64,000 nt of DNA, from assembly GCF_036365525.1 (NCBI RefSeq), contig NC_090378.1:93671605-93735604 (forward strand). The letters are read 5' to 3'. This document shows positions 52,130-64,000 of the stretch, piece by piece. Origin of the DNA: Heterodontus francisci (lineage: Eukaryota). Every line of letters starts with the position of its first letter. The first letter of the stretch is position 1. Below the pieces are notes generated by a model. It was not told where the DNA came from, searched no databases, and worked only from the letters and a program-made list of their open reading frames with translations. Both the position numbers and the translations under genes were made by a program.

Positions 52130-53285
52130 CAAAGGCATTTGATGCAGTGCCGCACAACAGACTTGTGAGCAAAATTATAGCTTATAGAATAAAAGGGACA
52201 GTAGCAACATGGATATGAAATTGACTGAATGACAGGAAACAGTAGTGCTTAATGGATGCTCTTTGGGCTGGAGGAATGTTTGTAGTGAAGTGCCCCAGGG
52301 TCAGTGTTGGGACCCTTGCTCTTCCTGATATATATTAATGACCTAGACCTTGGTTTACAGGGCACAATTTCAAAATTTTTGGATGATACGAAACTTGAAA
52401 CAATTGTTAACTCTGAGGAGGATACTGTAGAACTGCAAAAGGACATAGACAAGTTGTTGAAATGGGCAGACAAGTGACAGATGAAATTCAATGCGGAGAA
52501 ATATGAAGTCATTCATTATGGTAGGAAGAATATGGAGAGACAATATAGCATAAAGGGTACAATTCTAATGGGGTGCAGGAGCAGAGGGACCTGGGTGTAT
52601 ATGTGCTTAAGTCATTGAAGGTACAGGACAAGTTGAGAGAGTGGTTAATAAAGCATACAGTATCCTGGGCTTTATTAATAGGGGCATAGGGTACAAGAGC
52701 AAGGAGGTTATGTTAAACTTGTATAAAACACTAGTTTGGCCTCAGCTGGAGTCTTGTATCCAGTTCTGGGCATTTGCACTTTAGGAAAGATGTGAAGGCA
52801 TTGGAGAGAGTATAGAAAAGATTCATGAGACTGGTTCCAGGGATGAGGAACTTCAGGTATGAAGATAGATTGGAGAGGTTGAGACTGTTTTCCTTGGAGA
52901 AGAGAAGGCTGAGGGGTGATTTGATGGAGGTATTCAAAATCATGAGGGGTCTGGACAGAGTAGATAGGGAGAAAGTGTTCCCATTTGTGAAAGGATCGAG
53001 AATGAGAAAGCACAGATTTAAAGTAATTGGTAAAAGAAGCAAAGGGACATGAAGATAAACCACTCAGCAGGTTGTTAGGGTCTGGAATGCACTGCCTGGG
53101 AGTGTGATGCAGGCAGTTCAATCAAGGCATTCAAAAGGGAATTAGACTGTTATCTGAAAAGGAGGAATGTGCAGGGTTACAGGGAGAAAGTGGGGGAATG
53201 GCACTCCTATTCGGAGAGCCAGTGCAGACATGATGGGCCGAATGGCCTCCTTCGGCACTGTAACAAGTCTGTAATTCTGTGACGT
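52130..53285 (+). mobile_element. CR1 RT/3' fragment
   Basis: KAFD.VPH, PQGSVLGP-like, KF.DDTKL, LFSLEKRRLRGDL. Confidence 0.9.
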
Positions 53286-54239
53286 GGGAACTCTGATATC
53301 CAGAAGTTCAGAATGCAGAAGGATGCCATTCACCCCATCATTCCTGTGCTGGCTCTTCATTAGGGCGGTCCAAAGCAGTTCCTCTGCCATAATCTGTCTT
53401 CATTGACCAGCATCTTTCTCTGCTTCAAATGCTTGAATGCTTTTCCCTTAGAATTTGCACAAATTTTGTCTCAGTTACTCCCAGTAGCAATGTAATCCAT
53501 GTTCTAGTAACGCTACATAAAGACCTTTCTCCTAACCTCCCATCTCCGTCTATTAATACTTCAAATTGATTACACCCCTTCACTGACCTCCTCTTCCACA
53601 AAACCAGGGAAACATACATCCGCTACTCACTCTATCAAATCCTTCATAATTTTAAAAAACACAATAAAATTTCTTCAGAGCCTTCTGTGCTCCATTGCAA
53701 ATTGTCACAGTATCTCCATTCTCTCCTCATAACTATAGCTTTTCATTCCTGGTCTCATCCTGATCAATCAGTGCTCTATGCTCTCTATAGCTTTAATATC
53801 CTTTTCTGTAATAGCACAGCCAAAAGTTCACACAGCATTCTAACTAAACATTGCTTTGTACAAATTTATCATTACTTCTTTGCTTTTGAACTCTATTTTC
53901 CTATTTATAAAATCCAAATTGCGATTGCCTTTTTATTAATTTCTGTACCTGTACTTTCACTTTTGAGTAATTTGTATTTGAGTCCTATTTGTTCACCCAT
54001 ACCCTTCAGCACCTTTCCATTAAGTATATGCTCACATTCTTTTTTTATCTTCCTAATGTGTATAATCTTACATTTCTCCATGTCAAATTGCAGATTCCAT
54101 CTGTCTACCCATTCTGCTAACCTGTCTAAAATCCTCCTCACTGTTTACGAAAACCTCTACTATTTTGTTGTCACTAAATTTCTATTGTGCCCAAGTCCAA
54201 ATTAACTATTCTTGATCTTCTGTAGCTTTGCACACATTT

Positions 54240-55503
54240 TATTTTTATTTTATTTAAAGATACAGCACTGAAACAGGCCCTTAGGCCCACCGAGCCTGTG
54301 CCGACCATCATCCACCCATTTATACTAATCCCATATTCCTACCACATCCCCATCTTCCCTATATTCCCCTACCACCTACCTATACTAATGGCAATTTATA
54401 ATGGCCAATTTACCTATCAACCTGTAGTATATATAAATGATTTGGAGGAAAATGTAGCTGGTCTGATTAGTAAGTTTGCGGACGACACAAAGGTTGGTGG
54501 AGTTGCGGATAATGATGAGGATTGTCAGAGGATACAGCAGGATATAGATCGGTTGGAGACTTGGGCGGAGAAATGGCAGATGGAGTTTAATCTGGACAAA
54601 TGTGAGGTAATGCATTTTGGAAGGTTTAATGCAGGTGGGAGGTATACAGTAAATGGCAGAACCCTTAGGAGTATTGACAGGCAGAGAGATCTGGGCGTAC
54701 AGGTCCACAGGTCACTGAAAGTGGCAACGCAGGTGGATAAGGTAGTCAAGAAGGCATACGGCATGCTTGCCTTCATCGGTCGGGGCATAGAGTATAAAAA
54801 TTGGCAAGTCATGTTGCAGCTGTACAGAACCTTAGTTAGGCCACACTTAGAATATTGCGTGCAATTCTGGTCGCCACACTACCAGAAGGACGTGGAGGTT
54901 TTGGAGAGGGTACAGAGGAGGTTTACCAGGATGTTGCCTGGTCTGGAGGGCATTAGCTATGAGGAGAAGTTGGAAAAACTCGGATTGTTTTCACTGGAAA
55001 GACGGAGCTGGAGGGGCGACATGATAGGTTTACAAAGTTATGAGCGGCATGGACAGAGTGGATAGTCGGAAGCTTTTTCGCAGGGTGGAAGAGTCAGTTA
55101 CTAGGACATAGGTTTAAGGTGCGAGGGGCAAAGTTTAGAGGGGATGTGCGAGGCACGTTTTTTACACAGAGGGTGGTGAGTGCCTGGAACTTGCTGCCAG
55201 GGAAGGTGGTGTAAGTAGATACGATAGCGACGTTTAAGAGACAACTTGACAAATACATGAATAGGATAGGAATAGAGGGATATGGGCCCCGGAAGTGCAG
55301 AAGGTGTTAGTTTAGGCAGGCATCAAGATCGGCGCAGGCTTGGAGGGCCAAATGGCCTGTTCCTGTGCTGTACTGTTCTTTGTTCTTCGGCTGTGGGAGG
55401 AAACCGGAGCACCCGGCGAAAACCCACGCGGTCACAGGGAGAATTGAACCTGGGTCGCTGGAGCTGTGAGGCTGCGGTGCTAACCACTGCGCCACTGTGC
55501 CGC
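54240..55503 (-). mobile_element. HE1-like V-SINE split by a CR1 insertion
   Basis: SINE tail at 54240-54423 and head at 55389-55503. Confidence 0.85.
54424..55388 (+). mobile_element. Young CR1 3' fragment
   Basis: Long open RT frame YINDL...KFADDTK...EYCVQFWSP. Confidence 0.93.
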
Positions 55504-55510
55504 CCAATGT

Positions 55511-56266
55511 GGCGGAGTTTTATGGGCCCATGGGAGGATGGGGTTGGGAGGTGGGGGAGCCCCATAAAATAACAATGGAAGGCGGGGGTCAGAGTTCCCG
55601 TTGCCTTCTCATTACCCTGCGATTAAACTGGGGGTGGGATAGTCCGAAGATGGCCTTCCAAAAGGCAAATTGAGGCCTTTACGTGGCCAATTAATTGCCA
55701 TTTAAGGGCCTCTTACTGCCGCTGCTAGAGGTACCCCAGCAGCGGGGAGGGGCCTCTGCCACATAGGGAGGTCGCTCAGCAAAACAAGATGGCCTCCCTG
55801 TGGCCTTTGGGGGGTGCGGGGGGGGGGCTGGTGTCTTCTCCGTGGGCAATCTGTGGCCCAAGGATGATCCCCGGCAGCAAAAGCCGCCCCTCCACGTACA
55901 CCCCTCCCCACCACTAAAGACCTCCCTCCCTTCCACTCCCCCGGCCGGGGCCTGCCAGACTGGCCCTGGCTACCCCGCCACACTTACCTTGGGTCCAAGG
56001 CTCCAGCACCGGGGCTGGTCCCAGGCCTGGTGTTGTACTGGCAGTGGCCAACACTCCCGGTGGCGCTGCTGATACTACTGAGCTGCTGGCCCTCTGATTG
56101 GCAGGCAGCTCTTTGAGGCGGAATCCCGGTCCTTAAAGGATGCCAGGCAGTTAATTGTTCGAGCGCCGTTAAATTGCACCAGGGAGGCTCCAAATGGTCA
56201 CGGCAGGTTTTCCCTCACCTTTAAGTCCTGAGTCAGGACCCCCGCCAACTCCACAAAATTCAGCCC
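55511..56266 (-). mobile_element. MITE family A, reverse orientation
   Basis: Reverse-complement core; ends ggcggagttttat / aaaattcagccc. Confidence 0.72.
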
Positions 56267-56739
56267 AAGCATTCAAGTCAAGGTGTAGTCTCCAGGTAAA
56301 GTGTGGCTAAAAGGCAGGGGATAATTGGACCAGTACGTGCATAAATTATTCAGTCCTCATTTTAAATTCATAAATTCAGTACTTTTTTTTTCATCATACT
56401 TAGATTTTATAGAGTAGAGTTGGCTTCAGTGTAGGACTTTATCGACTGAGAAGCTGAAGAATGCAAAACTGAGATGCTACAGTGCCACTGCTGTTAGTGA
56501 GGTGTAATTACAGTGTGACAAGTTTATATAGGCTTAATAAATGTGGAGACATCATTTTATAATGGAAACAGTTGACACAGCAGTGTGACAAAGCATGACA
56601 GCAGGAGGTTTGCTTTCATAGCCAGGAAGTACTTACAGACATAAGATTTTTAAATATATTAACAATACAGACAAATCGGCTGCTCTGTTTCATCATTTCC
56701 AACCTTTCTGCTATCTGATCGGCACCCATTAACCTTAAT

Positions 56740-59700
56740 CATAGAATCATGGAGTGGTTGCAGCTCAGAAGGAGGCCATTCAGCCTGTCATGTCCGTGCC
56801 AGCTCTCTGGGAGAGCAACTCACCATGTCCCACTCCTCTGCTTTTTCCCTGTAGCCCTGCAAATGTTTTCTGTTCAGATAATCCTCAAGTTCTCTTTTGA
56901 AGACCTCGATTGAGTCTTCCTCCACCACACTCTCAGGCAGTGCATTCCAGATTCTAACCAATCTGCATAAAAACAATTTTCCTCTTATTGCTTTTGCTTC
57001 TTTGCCAATCACTTAAAATCAGTGTCCTCTGGTTCTGGATCCTTCTGCCAATGGGAATGGTTTCTCCCTATTTACTCTGTCCCGACCCCTCATGATTTTG
57101 AACACCTCTATCAGATCTCCTCTTAATCATCTCTTCTCCAAGAAGAACAGACCTAATTTCTGCAATCTATCCACGTAACGGAAGTTCCTCATCACTGGAA
57201 CCATTCTCATGCATCTTTTCTGCATCCTCTTTAATGCCTTAACATCCTTCCTAAGGTGTGGTGCCCAGAACTGAACACAATATTCCAGTTGAGGCCGAAC
57301 AAGTGTTTTATACAAGTTTATCATAACTTCCTTGTTTTTGTACTCTATGCTGCTATTTATAAAGTTCAGGATCCCATATGCTTTTTTAACCTCTTTCTTC
57401 ACCTGCCCTGCAACCTTCAGATATTTGTGCCATGTCCCTCTGCTCTTGCACCCCCTTTAGAATTGTACCGTTTAATTTGTATTGCTTCTCCTCGTTCTTC
57501 CTATCAAAATGAGTTACTTCACACTCTTCTGTATCAAATTTCATCTGCCTTTTGTCTGCCCTATGCACCAGCCTTTCTGTGTCGTCTTGAAATTCTACAC
57601 TATCCTCCTCTCAGTTCACAATACTTCTAAGTTTTGTGTCGTCTGCAGATTTTGAAATTGTGCCTTGTGCACCCAAGTCTAGGTCATTAATATGGATCAA
57701 GAAAAGCAGGGGACCTAACACTGACTCCTGGGGAACCCCCGCTATAAGCTTTCCTCCAATGTGGAAAACAACCGTTCACAACTATTCTCTGTTTTCTGTC
57801 ACTCAGCCAATTCCTTTATCCATGCTGCTACTGTCCCTTTTATTTCATGGGCACTAACTTTGCTGACAAGTCTGTTTGGTGGCACTTTATCAAATGCCTT
57901 TTGGAAGTTCATGTACACCACATCAACTGCATAATCCTCATCAGCCTTCTCTGTTACCTCATCAAAAAACTCAAACAAGTTAGTTAAACGCTATTTGCCC
58001 TTAACAAATCTGTGCTGGTTTTCCTTAACTAATCCACATTTGTCCAAATGACTGTTAATGATGTCGCAAATTATCGTTTTAAAAAAACTTTCCCACCACT
58101 GAGGTTAAACTGATTGATTTGTAGTTGCTAGGCCTGTCCTTACAAAATTTTTTGAACAGAGTGTAGTTCTCTAGTAAGGAGTATTGGAAGATTATGGCTA
58201 CTGCCTCCAGAATTTCCACTCTCACTTCCCTCAGTATCCTTGGATGCATCTCATCTGATCCAGGTGACTTATCAATTTTAAGTCTTTCTAATAGCTCTTC
58301 ATCAATTTTTAGCCCGTCCAGTGTCTCAGCTACCTCCTCTTTCACTATGATTTGCGCAGCATCTTCGTCCTTGGTAAAGACAGATGTAAAGTACCTCAGC
58401 CATGCCCTTTACCTCCATTGCATAAATTCCCTTTTCGGTCCCTAATCAGCCCCACTCTTCCTTTTACCCCCCCCCCCCCCCCTTTACTATTTATATGCCT
58501 ACAGAAGTCTTTTAGATTCCCTTTTATGCTACCCGTGAGTCTCTTCTCATACTCTCTCTTTGCTTCTCTTATTTGTTTTTTCACTTCCCTTCTGAACCTT
58601 CTATATTCAGCCTGGTTCTCAATTATATTATCCAGCTGACATCTGTCATGTGCAACCTTTTTCTGCTTCATCTTATTCTCTACCTCTTTCGTCATCCAGG
58701 GAGCTCTGGATCTGTTTTCCCCACATGGGAGTGTACCTTAACAGTACTCAAACTGTCTCCTCATTAGAAGCAGCTCATCTTCAGTTACGGTTTTGCTTTC
58801 CAACCTTTGATTCCACTTTATTTGGGCCAGATCTGTTCTCACTCCATTGGCCCACCCCCAATTACATATCTTTACTCTGGATTTCTTCTTGTCCTTTTCC
58901 ATAGCCAACCTAAACCTTATGATATTATGATCACTGCTTCCTAACTGTTCCCTTACTGACACTTGATTCACTTGACCCACCTCATTCTCCAAAACCAGAT
59001 CCAACAATGCCTCCTTCCTCGTTGGACTGGAAATATGCCGATCAAGAAAATTCTCCTGAACACACTCTAGAAACTCTTGGTCCTCTCTGCTTTTTACACT
59101 ATTACTAGCCCAGTCTATATTAGGATAATTAAAGTCCTCCATTATAACTACTGTTTAATTCTTGCACCTCTCTGTAATTTCCTTGCAAATTTGTTCCTCT
59201 GTATCTTTCCTACTAGGTGTCCCATGGAATACATCCAGCAGTGTAATGGCACCTCTATTGTTTCTTTGCTCTAACCAAATAGATTCTGTCCTTGACTCCT
59301 CGAGTTCTGTAATGTTTTCCTTCATCAATGCGGTTACCCCTCCTCCTTTCCTTCCTTCCCGATCTTTCCTGAACACCTGTATCCAGGAATATTTAGCATT
59401 CATTCCTGCCCTTTTTTGAGCCAGGTCTCCATTATCACCACAACATCATATTTCCACATGGCTATCTGCGCCTGCAGCTCACAAACCTTATTTACCACAC
59501 TCAGTGCATTCACATATGTGGACAGTAAACCTAATTTAGACCTCATTATATTCCCTCTTACACTGACCCCATCTAATCCCTTATTATTTCCTATTCTAGT
59601 GCTATCTGTCTTCCCAATTCTGTTTTTCCTCGCTAATGTTACCTCCTGGTTCCCACACCCCAGCCAAGTTATTTTAAACCCTCCTCAATAGCACTCGCAA

Positions 59701-60640
59701 ATCGCCCCGCAAGGACATTGGTCCTGGCCCTGTTCAATGGCAACCCATCCAGCCTGTACAGATCCCATCTCTCCCAGAACTGGTCTCAATGTTCCAGGAA
59801 TCTAACGCCCTCCCTCCTGCACCATCTCTCCATTCATGCATTCATCTGCTGTATCCTCCTATTTCTTTACTCACTTATGGGTGGTACGGGGAGTAATCTG
59901 GAGATTACTATCTTTTGAGGTCCTGCTTGCTAGTTTCTTTCCTAGCTCCCTAAACTCTGCCTGCAGGACCTTATTCCTCTTCTTGCCTATGTTGTTGGTA
60001 CTAATATGGACCACAACGGCTGGCTGTTCACTCTCCCTACTCAGAGTGCTCTACAGCTGCTCTGTGACACCCTTAACCCTGGCACCAGAAAGGCAACATA
60101 CCATCCTGGAATTATGACTGATACCACAGAAATGCCCATCTGTTCCCCTAGCCATAGAATCCCTTATCACTATTACTTTTCCAAACTTCCTCCTGCCTCC
60201 CGCATCCCCCAGACAGCTGAGACAGCTGTGGTGATATGGACTAGATTGTAGCTGCACATTCCAGAGGAACCATCACTCTCATCAGTATTCAGAACGGAAT
60301 ACTGGTTGGTGAGTGAAGTGGACTCAGAGGACCCCTGCACTACCTGTCTGGTGGTTCTTGACTACTTGAAAAACACCCATTCCCACTCTACCTGCATATC
60401 CTTAAGCTGTGGGGTGACCACATCTATAAACCTGCTCTCCACAAACTCTCAGCCTTGTGGATGCACTGCAGTGACGGCAGTTGTTGCAGCTGACGACACT
60501 TTCTGCACACATGGTTGTCCAGGACACAAGAAGTGTCCTGGAGTTCCCACATGGAGCAGGATGCGCACTCCACAGGACCGAGCTACCCTGCCATGCCTCT
60601 GTTTATTGGACAATTAAACTTACTACTTAAATACAACGAG
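56740..60640 (-). mobile_element. Near full-length degenerate CR1 LINE (esterase ORF1 + ORF2)
   Basis: VIRDSMARG...MVCCLSGARV, EDFNYP/SDH, KSPGSD, EYCVQFWAP. Confidence 0.92.
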
Positions 60641-61272
60641 ACCCACAAGCTACTCACTAATCAGCTGATTTTTCATTGCTGACATCACTTTATAGGGAGA
60701 TTAACTAAAATGTTTTTACTTAACTCTTATTATCTAAAAACCATAGATTTTAATTTGCTGAAAAATTCAGACTTGTTCAGTCTTACTATCCCCTGTTATT
60801 TAATTTTTAAATTTATCCCCTAGATATGATTGAGTAATTGAGCACTGATTTTAAATATATGATAAATTGTAAAATCCACTTTAGGTTTTAGTTTTTATAC
60901 TGATGAATAGATCAAGTCCTTTGTTTTGTGTCCATCAACCAACTTTCGTTCCTTACTGCTAATTTTTCTCCAACCTTTTTGTAAGAAGGCTCCTGTGGGA
61001 CATCTCATCCATCTACCATAAATACAACAATGGTGTGTATATAAAGTAAATAATATACTAATGAATATATATCCTCTATTAGGAAAAAAGGAAGCCTTTA
61101 ATCTGATTTAAAGCAAAAAAAACCTTTTGAGCAGAATATGACACTAGGTGTCAGTGTTTAGATAAAAGAAAAACTCATGGTAGAAAACAGAGGTTTTGGA
61201 GCACTGTTTACTCCATTACACTGACATTACTCACGAAACCATGTAGTCTCGTCAATAAGTTGTAGAAATATT

Positions 61273-61927
61273 GGCCAGAATTTTACATTGTGGAGGTGGC
61301 CCCACCCACCGTCTAAAAAGTCAGTGGCGAGCCCTCCTCTACCGGGCCTTGAAGCCACGCAGCAATTTTGCGTGGCCCAAGCCCTTAATTGACCTTGGTC
61401 GGGACCTCCACCCCTCTGAGGCAGAAGTCCCATTTCCAAGAGCTGCCGGCCAATCCTCAGTCCCAGCAGCGCCACTTGGAATGGTGGCCACTACTGGGAC
61501 TGCACCTGGCAAGAAGAGGACGATGGCCTGGGAAAAGATGAGTGGGGATTGGGCCTCGCTGGGGACAGTCGGCTGGGCCCTGGTGAAGGGGGTGGGAGTT
61601 GGAGAGCAGGACAGGGGAGTAGTTTAGCAGAGTGGCCCATGCTGCTGGGGGGGTGCCTCAGTGGGTGCCCGATCAGGAGGTTTCCCCCCCCACTCCCCCA
61701 AGTGCACAAGGAGGCCACCAGGTTTTACTGGGATGGCCTCCACAGGTGCTGAAGTGCCCGTCTGCCATTGGTAAAATCTAAATAGTGGTGGGAGGAGATC
61801 TTTTTGAGTGGCAATTAATTGGCCACTTAAGGGCCTCAATTGGCCTGGTGTGGGCACCACCCCCTCCTCTCTCACCATCCCCCCCCCATCTCCCAGCCCG
61901 CTCTTCAGGGCAGCGTAAAATGCGCCC
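61273..61927 (+). mobile_element. MITE family A
   Basis: TIR ggccagaattttac / gtaaaatgcgccc. Confidence 0.78.
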
Positions 61928-62471
61928 TGTGTCCAGTAAATGTGAGGTGGGAATTTTCCACTGTAATTTTAGTGTTGAATCATAGGCAGACGTTTGAGCA
62001 TTAAGTATTGAGTCATTACAAAATTACTTTGATTTCTCTCAATATTAAAGCAATTCTTTGGATCACAGAAATGGGCAATAACAAATCTTGAACAGCTCAG
62101 CCACTGGCTAGTCGATAGGTTTCTGTCTGTACTGCACACTGAGGTCTGTCACTTTGCATCTTCAAAGCTGACCATCTTTATTTTGCGTTCCGAGAATGTG
62201 ATGTCAAGAAGCATGTAACACAATGTCATCAGCTTTTGGAAAATCACTCTTCAGTTACAATGGCGTAGATGATATGATGGAAGTACCGCAAGTTTCTATT
62301 GATGGATGAGAAAATAGTCCTGCAGATGTTTTTAGATATTTTATGGATAAAGTTTCTGTCAGTTTTGTGCTTTTCATTCCAAGGATGTGATTTCCTCTCA
62401 AGTCATTCAAGCAGTCATTTTCAATGATGCAACAGTCAAATCTCCTGTCAGGCACTCTTTTCAATTTGCAG

Positions 62472-62675
62472 GATATTCATCAATATATTCCTATCAGGCT
62501 TTGCATTTTCACCCAGTTTTGTTTTGCAAGAATCAAAATGGACAGAAAAAGAATGAAACGTTACCCCTGTTTCTCTGATGCTTCCAGACTGGCTGCGTAT
62601 TTTCAGCATTTTCTGTTTTCATTTAAGAAAGAATTAAGTACTACATTTTTGTTGCATTACACTTTTAAGATTTGA
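62472..62675 (+). CDS. Possible terminal coding exon (DIHQYIPIRLCIF...RLAAYFQ...)
   Basis: Acceptor ctcttttcaatttgcag, phase 0 open frame to TGA in apparently non-repetitive DNA; only vague resemblance to the second half of an anticodon-binding fold. Confidence 0.3.
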   Translation, partial: DIHQYIPIRLCIFTQFCFARIKMDRKRMKRYPCFSDASRLAAYFQHFLFSFKKELSTTFLLHYTFKI

Positions 62676-62755
62676 AAGGTCATGTACAGTCTGTTTTCAA
62701 AACAGGAATGTTTTATATAGGAAGATTCTGGTCGTTTGGTAGTACAGAACTAGAG

Positions 62756-64000
62756 TGTTGCTGAAAATAGAGACATTTTGTTGAAGCTTTTCGTCTTGTA
62801 CTCACATCAGGACAATTTGAAAGAATACCAATGTAATGGAAAGCAACTCATTTATACTGTATGAGAAGAGAGCGCTGATTGATTGGCAAGTGGACTCTGG
62901 TAGAGGTGTTCTCATGGAGAATGCTCCAGTTTATGCTGACTGACTAGCTTTGTTTGGGAAATTTAAACCAAGCAGCTTGACTCTGGGCGAGGCATTGCCC
63001 TGAGGAATGAACCAGCGAATGGCTGTCACTCATTTTGTTTAGCTGAAACAGGCGCAATGTGTGTACATGTTCTTTTTATCTGCAAAGAACAGGGCCCTGT
63101 GTATTAATATATGTAGCTTCTAGTATGCACAAATGCGCCACACTGCGAGCCTGACTGTAAATCTTAAATTGGTTGTTAGTGTAATTCTTAGCATACCGAG
63201 GATTATTTAGCAAGCGTCATTCAGTCGCGGAATCCCATCTAATGTCAGACACTGTTTTGAGTTTTGCAAGCACGGGCTGGTTGGGAACAGTCTGTACCTT
63301 GCCCGTTGCAAACAGTGGAAGGGACAGGTTGTTTGATACAATCTGCCAGTCTTTGGGACATACGGCCTATATACCTAGCATCACACTGGTATTGAAATTC
63401 ATATATATCACGTTACTCATTTGTGTGATCGGTAGGACATCTTTTTGGCTTGACAGCAGCATCCTGTTAGTGGCGAACACTACACGTGTTGCTACTGCAT
63501 AGTAGCAGCATGAAACAGCTAGCTTCACCTGTTGCTCAAACTTTTGGGATACATTACCCTTCCAGGGTAATCTGAGGTAGACTAGGCACCTTTCAGGGCC
63601 AAAAATGTCAGCCTTAGGCCCGTTCATAAGTTTGCGTGATGCACATGGCCCTGTTCTTTGCAAACAGAAAGAACATGTGCACACATTGTGCCTGTTTCAG
63701 CTAAACAAAATTAGTGACAGCCATTCGCTGGTTCATTATTCAGGGAAATGACTTGCCCAATCAGAGTCAAGCTGCTTAGTTTAAATTTCAAACAAAGCTT
63801 GGCAGTTAACAGTCAGTCACCATAAACTGGTGCATTCTCCATGGCAACGCTTCTACCAATCAGAGTCCACTTGCCAACCAATCAGCACTCTCTTCTCTTA
63901 TAGTATAAATTTGTTGCTTCCCTTACATTGATATTCTTGCAAATTGTCCTGATGAGTGCAAGACGAAAAGCTTCGACAAAATGTCTCTATTTTCAGCAAT
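62756..64000 (-). mobile_element. Penelope-like element (second family) with inverted pLTRs
   Basis: GIY-YIG remnant SNVIY..QC..RYIGR on the minus strand; 62756-63100 is the reverse complement of 63643-64000. Confidence 0.85.
63944..63979 (+). ncRNA. Minimal type I hammerhead ribozyme motif
   Basis: ttgtc-CTGATGA-gt(gcaag)ac-GAAA-agct-TC-gacaa: perfect stem I, intact core, palindromic AAGCTT stem III, UUC cleavage triplet. Confidence 0.8.

Noticed and set aside
56404-56510. Candidate exon 21 after a strong pyrimidine tract
   Set aside because: The first AG gives an immediate stop in phase 0, and the other frames show no GCN2 similarity.

Overview
Eukaryotic, repeat-rich genomic DNA, most likely from a cartilaginous fish (shark): it carries HE1-type V-SINEs, SacSINE1/AmnSINE1-type DeuSINEs, CR1 LINEs with an esterase ORF1, Penelope-like elements and Harbinger-type transposons. 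Among these repeats is one long plus-strand gene. I reconstructed it by hand as 20 in-frame GT-AG coding exons (12423-51886; 2433 nt, 811 codons, no internal stops), and its 3' end is unresolved. It encodes an intact eIF2-alpha kinase domain followed by a HisRS-like domain, which is the GCN2/EIF2AK4 architecture, with GCN2-like intron positions. It is nonetheless very divergent. It appears to start right at the kinase, with no RWD or pseudokinase exons between a CpG promoter at ~8150-8550 and the ATG. It lacks the eIF2AK dimer salt-bridge residues and has Leu in place of the HisRS motif-2 Arg needed for tRNA sensing. It looks like a rewired GCN2 paralogue, i.e. a candidate additional integrated-stress-response kinase. 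The Penelope-like elements carry minimal type I hammerhead ribozyme motifs. Comparisons to human and yeast GCN2 are from memory, not from a run alignment, and repeat boundaries are approximate.
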